Virus record (IMG/VR): IMGVR_UViG_3300032288_003533
Span: 1 to 64,000 of that record
From: a virus
DNA length: 64,000 bases
Direction: 5' to 3' (one strand)
Under the pieces are notes generated by a model, which was not told the DNA's origin, ran no database searches, and was given only the letters and a program-made list of their open reading frames with translations. The position numbers were made by a program, and so were the translations under genes. Each line of letters begins with the position of its first letter. Position 1 is the first letter of the stretch. Below, in pieces: positions 1-8,989 of the stretch.

Positions 1-552
1 TGGCCTAAACTCTGGGTGTCCATCCATCCCCACATCCATTCTTTTGCCTTTTCCAAGCCTTTTATTGGTTGGGAGGTGGCAATGTCCATGTAGGTGTATA
101 ACCCCCTTATTTAAGCCATTCCAAGAGGCTATGGGGTAGTGGCAAAGCACAAATTTATTATTATCAAATTCAAGTTCAACATAATTGTTTGCACTCAAAA
201 ATAACCTTTGAATATTATCTTTGTTTTTCTCAATATGTTCATCATGATTACCAAGAACAAGGTGGATATTCTTGCAGATTAGTCTATTGTGAAATTCTTC
301 AATACTATCAAACCCCCCAAATGACCAATCACCAAGGCATATTAGTATATCATCTTGATTTACAACAGCATTAATGTTGTTAACAATTGCTGCATTCATT
401 TTATCTAATGATTCAAAATCCCTGGTATTATCTGTTGGGATATCACCAGATTGTGTCCGCCAGTTGGTTGTTCCTCTGCATATATTCTTGTGGTTATAGT
501 GAGGATCACTAAAGAACCAAATTTGTCTTTCTTTTTTAATTTTTAACTTCAT
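1..552 (-). CDS. Calcineurin-like metallophosphoesterase (3' end runs off window)
   Basis: Not in the ORF track. My translation from ATG at 552 is MKLKIKKRRQIWFFSDPHYNH...LGDWSFG...LGNHD...LCHYP...HLHGHCH, containing the DxH, GD, GNHD, H and GHxH motifs. Confidence 0.85.
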   Translation of the reverse strand, partial: MKLKIKKERQIWFFSDPHYNHKNICRGTTNWRTQSGDIPTDNTRDFESLDKMNAAIVNNINAVVNQDDILICLGDWSFGGFDSIEEFHNRLICKNIHLVLGNHDEHIEKNKDNIQRLFLSANNYVELEFDNNKFVLCHYPIASWNGLNKGVIHLHGHCHLPTNKRLGKGKRMDVGMDGHPEFRP

Positions 553-574
553 TTTTTTTTGTTTTGGTGTGATG

Positions 575-582
575 CAAAGATA
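575..582 (-). promoter_or_regulatory. Bacteroidetes sigma-A type -7 box (TAnnTTTG)
   Basis: TATCTTTG on the minus strand just upstream of the phosphoesterase ATG. Equivalent boxes at 1427-1434(-), 14441-14448(-), 16743-16750(+) and 42082-42089(-). Confidence 0.6.
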
Positions 583-604
583 CAAAAAAAATGGGATATT
601 GATA

Positions 605-612
605 TATTTATA
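605..612 (+). promoter_or_regulatory. Putative phage late promoter motif TATTTATA
   Basis: Lies 13 nt upstream of the ATG at 626. The same motif precedes many structural genes (1458, 2331, 15101, 21151, 22197, 26297, 29939, 31180, 36409, 39994). Confidence 0.55.
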
Positions 613-625
613 GTAAAAAAAAATT

Positions 626-943
626 ATGAAAACATTAAGATTAACAGAAACAGAATTAAAAAGATTGGTTCGTAAAGTTATCTCAGAACAATCATTACCA
701 AAGGATATGGAATTTCATACTTACAAAGGTAAAAAAATGATTTCTTTAGGTGTAGATGGTGGTAATATTAAATTATCTGAAATAACAGAAATACATGAAG
801 ATATGAAAAAATTCATAAACTCTCTCCCTAATGGAAGAGTTGTTGGTGAATTGGATTTAGAGCCTGATTACAGTTCTATATATTTAACCCAAGCGTTTGA
901 AACATCATTATCAACTGATGAGTTGGAAGAAAAGTATAAATAA
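626..943 (+). CDS. Hypothetical protein with LTE...ISEQ leader (putative head-packaged protein)
   Basis: 105 aa ORF with N-terminus MKTLRLTETELKRLVRKVISEQ, similar to the 1482 ORF leader. Confidence 0.7.
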   Translation: MKTLRLTETELKRLVRKVISEQSLPKDMEFHTYKGKKMISLGVDGGNIKLSEITEIHEDMKKFINSLPNGRVVGELDLEPDYSSIYLTQAFETSLSTDELEEKYK

Positions 944-948
944 TTAAT

Positions 949-1413
949 TCACTTAAACCAATAAGGGATTTCTCTATTTTTCCAAGTTGCAAAACCTTTT
1001 TTTTCACCAATATAGTAGTTTCTATATGATTGCACAAAATCATCAACTTTATATTGGTCTGGCATAGCCAAAGCTGGTGGGGTAAATCCAATATCTGGAA
1101 TATTTGGCAAATTATTCAAGCACCATTGAATCACATCAGTTGATTTATGGTGTTTGTTGTATCTATATGTATATTCTTTTGATAATTCAAGCCCAAGTTC
1201 ACACAAATATAAATAATTTGTTAAAGATGTTCTGCACCAGATAGTGCAAGGATGATTTTTATGTGCTAACTTATATGGGGGTTCACTATCACCACATAAA
1301 TGGTTTGCTGAACACAATAATTGAGCAGTTTCTAATATCATCTTCACTACATGTTTATCACAATGATATTGGGCATTTACTTGGGGATTTTCATCCAATA
1401 AGAATATGTTCAT
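949..1413 (-). CDS. Pyrimidine-dimer DNA glycosylase-like protein (DenV/Pyr_excise-related family)
   Basis: MNIFLLD...HCDKHVVKMILETAQLL...HKNHPCTIW...ELSKEYTYRY...AMPDQYK...SYRNYY. Start reassigned to ATG 1413. Confidence 0.75.
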   Translation of the reverse strand: MNIFLLDENPQVNAQYHCDKHVVKMILETAQLLCSANHLCGDSEPPYKLAHKNHPCTIWCRTSLTNYLYLCELGLELSKEYTYRYNKHHKSTDVIQWCLNNLPNIPDIGFTPPALAMPDQYKVDDFVQSYRNYYIGEKKGFATWKNREIPYWFK

Positions 1414-1481
1414 ATTTTTTTTTTTGCAAATGTACAAAAATTTTTTATTTTTTTTAATATTTATAAAAAAATAAAAAAATT

Positions 1482-2063
1482 ATGAAAAAAATAAGATTAA
1501 CAGAATCAGATTTAATTAGACTTGTTGATAAAGTTATTAAGAAAAACAAAATAATAGAACAAAAATCAGGTAAATCATATAATATATATTTAGCAGGGCC
1601 TAATGTTTTTAAAAAAGATGCAATTGATGATTTGAATCAAATGAAACAAATATCAAAAAAATATAACCAGATTGGTAATGCACCTATTGATAATGAAGTT
1701 GATTTTACTAAAGTTGGTGCTGCAACTAGAATATTTCATGGTAATATTGATATGATGGATATGTGTGATGTCATTATTGCAAATCTTGAACCATTTAGAG
1801 GTCCAAATGTTGATGATGGTACAGCTTTTGAATTGGGTTATGGGTATTCAAAAAATAAAATTATGTATGGATATATGACTCACTCAGATAAGGAGTTAAA
1901 AGATATTACTGCTGATTTATATGGAGATGATGAAAAATTTCCCCATGTGGAGAATTTTAAATATCCAAGAAATTTGATGATTGTTGATTCTATTAGATCT
2001 TCAGGTGGTGATATATTCAAAACATTTGAAGAATGTGTTAAGCACTTGGTTGAAAACCATTAA
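1482..2063 (+). CDS. Nucleoside 2-deoxyribosyltransferase/nucleotide N-glycosidase family protein with N-terminal LTE...EQ leader
   Basis: IYLAGP, CDVIIANLEPFRG, DDGTAFELGYG and NLMI motifs of the NDT fold follow a ~28 aa leader. Confidence 0.85.
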   Translation: MKKIRLTESDLIRLVDKVIKKNKIIEQKSGKSYNIYLAGPNVFKKDAIDDLNQMKQISKKYNQIGNAPIDNEVDFTKVGAATRIFHGNIDMMDMCDVIIANLEPFRGPNVDDGTAFELGYGYSKNKIMYGYMTHSDKELKDITADLYGDDEKFPHVENFKYPRNLMIVDSIRSSGGDIFKTFEECVKHLVENH

Positions 2064-2069
2064 ATTTAT

Positions 2070-2290
2070 ATTATTCTAGTTATTTTGGTAATAATTTTAT
2101 AATTGTGTTCTACACTATATAGAACAGTATTGTCTTTTATGCTCTAGTTTATGGAGTGTCAATTTCATCATATATATGATGAACAAAACATAATAATTTT
2201 GCAATTTCTAATGTTATTTTAACAATGTGTTCATCAAATTGATATTGGGCATGTATTTGGGAATTTCTTCTAATAAGAATATGTTTATGT
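2070..2290 (-). pseudogene. Decayed duplicate of the 5' part of the 949-1413 glycosylase-like gene
   Basis: Aligns by eye to ~1200-1430 (e.g. gatattgggcat...aataagaatatgtt...tttttttgcaaa). The start codon has become ATA and no intact ORF remains. Confidence 0.7.
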
Positions 2291-2353
2291 TTTTTTTTGC
2301 AAAAATATAAAAATTTTGAATAGTTTGTAATATTTATAATAAAATTAAAAACT

Positions 2354-2911
2354 ATGAATTCTTATTTTTTTAAAATAACAGATGAAGAAAGAACAAATAT
2401 CCTAAATAAACACAAAGAATTATATGATGGATATGTTTCAATGCAGCCTAAAATAAAACAATCAAGACTATCTACATATGATGATATTTCTGATAAAAAA
2501 GGCTTTACACTAACAAATGCAGATTTAGTAAAAGAAGGTAGAGAAAGAGCTTGTGAGCAATGTGGGGGTAGTATGTCAGAAGGTAAATGTTCAGAGTGTG
2601 GTGCAATAAATGAAAACTGGGATACTGATGATATTGATACAGAAACAAATATGGATTTTATAGAAATGGAAGAAATGTATCATAATGAAGATGAGGATGA
2701 AACCATATATGAATTGGAATATGATGAATATGATATGAACCAAATGACAGAATCTTTTGTTAAAGAAGCCAAAAAAATTATTTTATCAGAAACCAGAAAT
2801 GTTAAAACCCCTATTAAGAAAAAAGTTAATGAAACTCATAACTCAAATAATACAATAAATGAAAAATTAGTTGAAATTAAAAATTTTATGCATAGAATTG
2901 CAAAATATTAA
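2354..2911 (+). CDS. Hypothetical acidic protein with small Zn-ribbon (CEQCG...CSECG)
   Basis: 185 aa ORF with two CxxC pairs, an acidic tract and a TATTTATA motif upstream. Confidence 0.7.
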   Translation: MNSYFFKITDEERTNILNKHKELYDGYVSMQPKIKQSRLSTYDDISDKKGFTLTNADLVKEGRERACEQCGGSMSEGKCSECGAINENWDTDDIDTETNMDFIEMEEMYHNEDEDETIYELEYDEYDMNQMTESFVKEAKKIILSETRNVKTPIKKKVNETHNSNNTINEKLVEIKNFMHRIAKY

Positions 2912-2916
2912 AAATA

Positions 2917-3216
2917 ATGGAGATTAAAGATTTGATAAGTTTCTTTGTTGATAAAGAAGCAAATATACTAGATGTAACATTTAGATTAATTGATGATTCA
3001 GATGATGTTATACGCCAAGATCAAATTGATTTTGACCTAACAGAAGAATATGGTTACCAAATACTTCCAGAACATTTATATGTTCCAAATGATGATTCAG
3101 AAACTGATCCAGATGAATTTGAAGAGGATGAGGTTGATAAATCAGAATTGATAAATTTTTTAACAGAATATTATACAATAAATTTAAATCAATTACCAAA
3201 ACAACAAAATTATTAA
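2917..3216 (+). CDS. Hypothetical acidic protein
   Basis: 99 aa ORF in operon spacing with its neighbours. Confidence 0.7.
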   Translation: MEIKDLISFFVDKEANILDVTFRLIDDSDDVIRQDQIDFDLTEEYGYQILPEHLYVPNDDSETDPDEFEEDEVDKSELINFLTEYYTINLNQLPKQQNY

Positions 3217-3220
3217 AATT

Positions 3221-3448
3221 ATGAAAAACAAAAAACAATTTGGTGAGCAAGAAGATAATGCTAAATCATCAACACCAACAACACAAACTAGTAAATGGGA
3301 ATCTGGTGCAACTAGGGGAAAAGCAAATCCAATTGATAGTAAATCAAAATGGGAATCTGGTGCAACTAGGGGTAAAGCAAATCCAATTGATAGTAAATCA
3401 AAATGGGAATCTGGTGCAACTAGGGGTAAAGCAAATCCCCTAAATTAA
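3221..3448 (+). CDS. Small protein with three KWESGATRGKANP repeats
   Basis: 75 aa ORF carrying a 54 bp in-frame tandem repeat. Confidence 0.7.
   Translation: MKNKKQFGEQEDNAKSSTPTTQTSKWESGATRGKANPIDSKSKWESGATRGKANPIDSKSKWESGATRGKANPLN
3293..3438 (+). repeat. 54 bp tandem repeat, ~2.7 copies (coding)
   Basis: aaatgggaatctggtgcaactaggggwaaagcaaatcc starts at 3293, 3347 and 3401. Confidence 0.9.
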
Positions 3449-3449
3449 A

Positions 3450-4670
3450 ATGAGTTATTTGGTAATTACAGAAAGGGAGAAATTTGACATCTTAAAGAGA
3501 TATGGTCTTTTGGTGGAGCAAGAGGAATTTTATTATGATTCTTTAGGCAAAAAATATCCACAAACTGATAATAAACCAACACCAACTTGGAGTTATGGTC
3601 TAACCATAGGTACTAAAATACAGATTGTTATTAATTTTGATTATAATAATACAAAACAAATAAAAGTTAATGATAAATATATCTTAACAAAAGATAAAAT
3701 TGGAAATTTTAATAATAAACCTTCTTTAATTGCTCCAAAAAATTTATTAATAAGTAGCATACAAATAGAGGGTAATGATAATAAAATATATACAATTACT
3801 AAAAAAAATAATGATGATAATCGCACCAAAGCATATCCATATTTAAGACCTGGGGATAAATATTATATGCCCCCAACTGGGCCATTTGCGCCTTCACTAA
3901 ATAGAGAAGAAATTAAATATTTATATGAACCAAACATACCAATACCAGGCATGGGTAAAATGAGTTTTATGGATATTGCTGCTGGGGTTTTAAATTTTGT
4001 ACCATATGGGCAGATATTTTCGGCTTTAATAGAAATAAGTAGTGGTTATTATTTTTTACAAAAAGGAGATAAGTATGAAGCTGGTTTAAGACTTATGTTT
4101 TTATTTATTCCACTAGGTGAATTACCAATTATTAGAAAATTAGGGAAAAAAGTATTTATAGGTTTATTAAAAAAATTAAAAGATTTATCAAAAAACATAG
4201 ATGCAGTAAATAGATTAACCAAAAAAGATTTTGATGGGGTTGTTGAATTATTTAAAGAATTTACTGAAAATGGAAAAACTTTTAAAGAAAAAATTCAAAG
4301 GGGGTTAAAACGTTTAAATTTATTTGTAAAATGGATAAAAGCAATATCTGCATTAAAATTAAAAGATTTTCTTTTTATGTTATATAACTACAATAAATCT
4401 AACCCAGCATCATTTGGTGCTTCTAGTAGAAAATTACTTTTTGTCTTAACAAAAATGTTAGCAAAAGTAGGTATAATTATGGGGAGTTGGGAAGAACTTT
4501 GGGGGATTTTTGCAAGTGAGAAGGATAAGTATCAAAGAGAATTAAATAAAAACTTGGAATCATTAGAAAATAAATCTATGTCTAATTTAGATTCTAGTGA
4601 TATGTATTCAATATTTAATGAAATATCAGCAAATCCAAGTTTATTAAACTATGTTTTAAACCAAAGTTAA
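3450..4670 (+). CDS. Putative virion/ejected protein with PT-TG-like hydrophobic hairpin
   Basis: 406 aa with a leader ending LVEQ. The segment DIAAGVLNFVPYGQIFSALIEISSGYYFLQKGDKYEAGLRLMFLFIP resembles the pre-toxin TG motif. Confidence 0.6.
   Translation: MSYLVITEREKFDILKRYGLLVEQEEFYYDSLGKKYPQTDNKPTPTWSYGLTIGTKIQIVINFDYNNTKQIKVNDKYILTKDKIGNFNNKPSLIAPKNLLISSIQIEGNDNKIYTITKKNNDDNRTKAYPYLRPGDKYYMPPTGPFAPSLNREEIKYLYEPNIPIPGMGKMSFMDIAAGVLNFVPYGQIFSALIEISSGYYFLQKGDKYEAGLRLMFLFIPLGELPIIRKLGKKVFIGLLKKLKDLSKNIDAVNRLTKKDFDGVVELFKEFTENGKTFKEKIQRGLKRLNLFVKWIKAISALKLKDFLFMLYNYNKSNPASFGASSRKLLFVLTKMLAKVGIIMGSWEELWGIFASEKDKYQRELNKNLESLENKSMSNLDSSDMYSIFNEISANPSLLNYVLNQS
3582..3757 (+). repeat. 176 bp direct repeat, copy 1
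   Basis: Near-identical to 6420-6595 (4 mismatches counted by eye). Confidence 0.9.
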
Positions 4671-4673
4671 ATT

Positions 4674-6647
4674 ATGGAAAATAAAGAAAATATAATAAAT
4701 GAATTATATAGGAATATGCAATTAATGCAGATTGATAGTAGTCATTTAAATGAGCAAAAGTTTTTAAGTAGATTATTTAGACAAAGTGGTAAACGTGTTT
4801 TTAAAGATGCGTTAGAAAAATTTATTAAGGATAATCCTAATATTAAAAGTATTATTGATAATCCTAATACAGATAAACAACGTTGGTTTAGAAATGCTTA
4901 TAATAATTGGGTTAATGACCCAAATAATAAAGATTTGCAATATGACTTAATTGATAGATATCTTGATTTAGATACTGCTACTATTTTGTCAAAAACAGAA
5001 ATTTTAGATAAGGTGCTAAATATTGGATATAATAGGTTGTCCAATATTTTAGGAAAAATTATGGAAAATCCACAAAATATAGATAATAGTATTAGTACTT
5101 TTAATATTACAAATCCAAGAGAAATAAATATAATAAAAGAATATTATAATAAATATAAAGAATTTGGTTCTGGTAAGAGACAAAATTTGAAGGTAGATGC
5201 CATAAATAAATACAAACAATTAGCAGATGATTCTGATTATTGGTTTGAGACATTTAACTTTTATAAACAAACAATAAACTCTTTAATTGATGGTTGGAAA
5301 TACGGCAAACAAGGTTTGGAAGTAAAAATGTTAGACAAATATAGAGCATATTTGAATAATATTGAAGGCGTTAAAGATGAAAATAAAATTGAGGAATTAA
5401 CTTTAGTATATAAAAAATCAATAGATAATACCTATAGATCTTATTTAATGATACAAGATGATTTAGCCACAGGATATTTAAATAATCTTACAAATACACT
5501 TAAACAAAAAAGTACAAATCCAAAGGCACTTGAATTTAGTAAAATAATAGAGGAGTTGAAATCAGGTAGTTTGGGTGAAAAATATCCAGGATTTAGATTA
5601 ACTTATTATTTAGCAAATGTTAAGGGTGGAGGGAATATGGGAAAAGTAATTTGGAAATCAATAAATCCAGGGAAGAATAATCTTCAGAATATAATGACTT
5701 TACAATCCAAAAGAATACCAAAGTGGATAATTAATGGGTTAAATTCAAATATTGGGAAAACAATGCGCAGGACACTATTATGGGGAGCATTTCCTAATAA
5801 AGAATTACTATATACACTTATTGCAAATAGTAGAGTAGGAATTCAAAAAAAACAGAAAATGGTATTATATAAATTATATTTACAATATTCTTTTCTTGGT
5901 GCACTTAGAAGTTCTATTCAAACAATATTTATACCAGTAGCATATACATTTTATACTTTGATGCATCTTAATCTTAGGGGTTATTTAGAACAAAATAACA
6001 TACAATTTTTACCAAAATTAACAGATGAAGAGAAAAAACAAATTGATCCAGAAAACTCTTTCATTGATATTGTACGTATTTTTTCAAAGGAATTTTCTAC
6101 TCATTACTATAAAACTTGGGCATCAGTAGGGCAAATTGAAAATGGTGGTTTGGATAGTAAAATATATCAAGTTGCATATGGAATTGGGGTCCCTAATGAA
6201 GTGAAATCATTTAATAATTCAATTATTGCTAATGTTATTACAAAAATGGCTAGTTTTGATATTGGGGGTTTCCCTAATAAAGATTATGATAGTTTTTATA
6301 ATATGGTTTTTAGTAATATTATACCAACTTTAAATGGTTTTTTAAAAGGTATATTAGATGCTGCTAAAAATGAAGGAGATAAGGTTCAAGCAGGTGGCTC
6401 AGATATAACTATAAATAACCCAACTTGGAGTTATGGTCTAACCATAGGTACTAAAATACAGATTGTTATTAATTTTGATTATAATAATACAAAACAAATA
6501 AAAGTTAATAATAAATATACCTTAACAAAAGATAAAATTGGAAATTTTAATAATAAACCTACTTTAATTGCTCCAAAAAATTTATCAATAAGTAGTATAG
6601 AACTAACTGATAATAGTAATAAAATACATAACATAAAAAAACAATAA
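4674..6647 (+). CDS. Large hypothetical protein (putative head/ejected protein)
   Basis: 657 aa with a leader ending LNEQ. Its C-terminal domain is duplicated in the 3450 gene. Confidence 0.7.
   Translation: MENKENIINELYRNMQLMQIDSSHLNEQKFLSRLFRQSGKRVFKDALEKFIKDNPNIKSIIDNPNTDKQRWFRNAYNNWVNDPNNKDLQYDLIDRYLDLDTATILSKTEILDKVLNIGYNRLSNILGKIMENPQNIDNSISTFNITNPREINIIKEYYNKYKEFGSGKRQNLKVDAINKYKQLADDSDYWFETFNFYKQTINSLIDGWKYGKQGLEVKMLDKYRAYLNNIEGVKDENKIEELTLVYKKSIDNTYRSYLMIQDDLATGYLNNLTNTLKQKSTNPKALEFSKIIEELKSGSLGEKYPGFRLTYYLANVKGGGNMGKVIWKSINPGKNNLQNIMTLQSKRIPKWIINGLNSNIGKTMRRTLLWGAFPNKELLYTLIANSRVGIQKKQKMVLYKLYLQYSFLGALRSSIQTIFIPVAYTFYTLMHLNLRGYLEQNNIQFLPKLTDEEKKQIDPENSFIDIVRIFSKEFSTHYYKTWASVGQIENGGLDSKIYQVAYGIGVPNEVKSFNNSIIANVITKMASFDIGGFPNKDYDSFYNMVFSNIIPTLNGFLKGILDAAKNEGDKVQAGGSDITINNPTWSYGLTIGTKIQIVINFDYNNTKQIKVNNKYTLTKDKIGNFNNKPTLIAPKNLSISSIELTDNSNKIHNIKKQ
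6420..6595 (+). repeat. 176 bp direct repeat, copy 2
   Basis: Encodes PTWSYGLTIGTKIQIVINFDYNNTKQIKVN..., the same peptide as in the 3450 ORF. Confidence 0.9.
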
Positions 6648-6649
6648 AT

Positions 6650-7549
6650 ATGGAATTACAAGAAAATATAAATAGGATTAAAGGTTTGATTAATGTTATT
6701 AGTGAACAAAATAGTTCTGATGAATTTGATTCCTTGGTAACTTCAGGTATAACTGATACTGGATTACAAGCACCATTTACTGATGAACCTAAAATTGCAA
6801 GTGGTACTGATACTATTAGTATTAGTGAAAGACAACCATCAAATATAACTAAAAATGAAAATTTAAGAAGACCTTGGGGGGATCCTTATATTTATTACAA
6901 GGCTAAAGATGGTAAATATTATGCTTATAGATGTGGAAAAGAAGCAAGAGACAAAATAAAGCCTTGTCCAGTAATTAAAAGAGAAGATTGGAAAGATGCT
7001 AACCCATATAAAGAGGCAATTGAGCGTTTAGTTTTTACAAATAATAATGCCAATAGTGGTAGTAGTGGTAGTAGTGGTAATAGTGGTAGTAGTGGTAGTA
7101 GTGGTAGTAGTGGTAATGCAGGTCAATCTAATATAGATTATAATGAAATAAAGAATAATTTTAGAAATAGATTTTATGAAATATATGCTTATAATGTGAG
7201 TAAAATTTTATCAAGTACAATAATTGAAGCTCAAAAATTTCCAGAATATAAAATAAAATTGGAAACACCAGATTTAACAGGAGCTAAAGAAGAATCAGTA
7301 GTTGATTTATTAAATGTGTCAAATATTAATATTGATAATACTATTAATTACTTTACAGATTATTATACAAAAAACCCAAGAGTAATTAATTCAAACAATT
7401 ACCAATTTAAAAAATATGTAAGCCAAAATGATCCAGTAAATCAGATATGTGGATTATCAGAAATATTTAAACCATATGATGGTTATCTTGGACATGAAGA
7501 AGTGAAAAATAAAATTAAAAATAAAGGTTTAGTTATAGTTAAAGTTTAA
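6650..7549 (+). CDS. Hypothetical protein with ISEQ leader and (GSS)n linker
   Basis: 299 aa starting MELQENINRIKGLINVISEQ, with an agtggtagt microsatellite at ~7052-7116. Confidence 0.7.
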   Translation: MELQENINRIKGLINVISEQNSSDEFDSLVTSGITDTGLQAPFTDEPKIASGTDTISISERQPSNITKNENLRRPWGDPYIYYKAKDGKYYAYRCGKEARDKIKPCPVIKREDWKDANPYKEAIERLVFTNNNANSGSSGSSGNSGSSGSSGSSGNAGQSNIDYNEIKNNFRNRFYEIYAYNVSKILSSTIIEAQKFPEYKIKLETPDLTGAKEESVVDLLNVSNINIDNTINYFTDYYTKNPRVINSNNYQFKKYVSQNDPVNQICGLSEIFKPYDGYLGHEEVKNKIKNKGLVIVKV

Positions 7550-7625
7550 CATAAAAGAGAATCTTACAGATAGCATCTGTTGATTATAAATCGGTATTAA
7601 AAAGAGGAGGTATTCAAATTTTAGG

Positions 7626-7660
7626 AGAAGGTTGGGATTTACCCAACCTTTTCTTTTTTT
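7626..7660. terminator. Probable intrinsic terminator between convergent genes
   Basis: gaaggttgggatttacccaacctttt hairpin followed by a T-run. Confidence 0.7.
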
Positions 7661-8315
7661 ATTTCTTTTTAGAAATAATAATCTCATCAATAATGCCATA
7701 TGATAAAGATTCATTAGCATCAAGCCACAAATCTCTACTAGCATCCAATTTAACTTGTTCTGCTGTTTTTCCACAATAATCACCCAACAATTTGAAAAGA
7801 ATTTCATTTGTTTTTTGCCATTCTTTCATTGTTATTTCAGCATCTTGGATATTACCATAAGCACCCCCAGAACTTTGGTGGAGCATTGTTTTTGAAAATC
7901 TAAGAGATGTTCTTTTACCTTTTGTTCCAGCACCAAGTATAATGGATCCCATTGATGCAGCCATTCCTGTGTTCACTGTGCGCACATCACAAGCAATATA
8001 GTCCATAACATCAACAATTGATAAACCTGCCTTTACAGAGCCCCCAGGACTATCTATGTGTAATGTAACATCTGATTTTGTAACAGAATCTAGGAACATT
8101 AATTGTGCTTGAATTATGGTTGCCATCCGGTCTTCTATTGGTCCAGCAATCCATATTAATCTATCTCTCATTAATCTTGAAAAGATATCAATTTGTGTTG
8201 CTCTCATTTCCCTTTCTTCAAGAATATAGGGGGTCATAGAGTTTTCAAAATAATCCAAGTGTGATGATGGTTTTCCTAGATGATTAACATAATAGGATTT
8301 AAATTCATTTTTCAT
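7659..8315 (-). CDS. clpP: ATP-dependent Clp protease proteolytic subunit
   Basis: TPYILEE...DIFSRLMRDR, IDSPGGSV, GMAASMGS (catalytic Ser), MLHQ and RDLWL motifs. Start reassigned to MKNEF at 8315. Confidence 0.95.
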   Translation of the reverse strand: MKNEFKSYYVNHLGKPSSHLDYFENSMTPYILEEREMRATQIDIFSRLMRDRLIWIAGPIEDRMATIIQAQLMFLDSVTKSDVTLHIDSPGGSVKAGLSIVDVMDYIACDVRTVNTGMAASMGSIILGAGTKGKRTSLRFSKTMLHQSSGGAYGNIQDAEITMKEWQKTNEILFKLLGDYCGKTAEQVKLDASRDLWLDANESLSYGIIDEIIISKKK

Positions 8316-8352
8316 ATTATTTTGGTTTTTTATAAGTATAATAATTTTTTTG

Positions 8353-8841
8353 TTAAGAAACAAATGATGATTTATAATCTTCCCATATTTTTGAAACAGA
8401 TGATTCATTTGCAAATAAGGTTGGGGTTTTGGGTTGGAATCTTAAAGGCATTTTTGCTTCTTCTGGGGTTTTATCTCCCTTTTTTAGATTACAAGGCAAG
8501 CAACAAGTTATAAGGTTATTCCAAGTATTTTTACCCCCTCTTGATTTTGGCAATATATGATCAATAGTTAAATCCTTTTTTGAACCACAATAAACACATT
8601 CATTATTATCTCTTTTATATAATCTATTTCTATTGACTCTTAAATTTTTCATTTTGTGTGAAATGTAATTAAATAGTCTAATGATTAATGGTTTTGAATA
8701 AATTATGCTTTCACTTCTGATGATATTATCATCATTTTTTATTATTTCTGCTTTCCCTTTAATTACAAGAATTATGGCTCTTTTAAAAGTTGTTATATTT
8801 AAGGGTGTATAATCTGAATTTAGCACTAAAATTGACTCCAT
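8353..8841 (-). CDS. HNH endonuclease
   Basis: LVLN...RD...CVYCG...TIDHILPKSRGG...WNNLITCCLPCNLKKG. Confidence 0.92.
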   Translation of the reverse strand: MESILVLNSDYTPLNITTFKRAIILVIKGKAEIIKNDDNIIRSESIIYSKPLIIRLFNYISHKMKNLRVNRNRLYKRDNNECVYCGSKKDLTIDHILPKSRGGKNTWNNLITCCLPCNLKKGDKTPEEAKMPLRFQPKTPTLFANESSVSKIWEDYKSSFVS

Positions 8842-8872
8842 ATTTTTTTTATAGAAATATAATAAAATAAAA

Positions 8873-8900
8873 AAAGGGTTGCAAGTATTTATGCAACCCA
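8873..8900 (-). terminator. Putative intrinsic terminator
   Basis: gggttgca-agtattta-tgcaaccc stem with an A-run on the left (T-run on the minus strand). Confidence 0.55.
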
Positions 8901-8908
8901 GTTTTATA

Positions 8909-8989
8909 TTAGTTTATGACACTTGGTCGTTTTTTAAACAAACTTATCCGATTTTTTCCAAAAAGACATAACTGGTTTGATATTTTCAT
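8909..8989 (-). CDS. Possible 26 aa micro-ORF (MKISNQLCLFGKNRISLFKKRPSVIN)
   Basis: Below the track cutoff. Preceded by TATTTATT and an A-rich leader, and followed by a terminator. Confidence 0.3.
   Translation of the reverse strand: MKISNQLCLFGKNRISLFKKRPSVIN

Noticed and set aside
3293-3438. CRISPR array
   Set aside because: The units are identical end to end with no unique spacers, are a multiple of 3, and lie in a coding frame.
7052-7116. (AGTGGTAGT)n microsatellite as a phase-variation switch
   Set aside because: The 9 bp unit keeps the frame and simply encodes a Gly/Ser linker.
8353-8841. HNH gene as a mobile homing element
   Set aside because: It is free-standing, with no interrupted host gene or flanking repeats.
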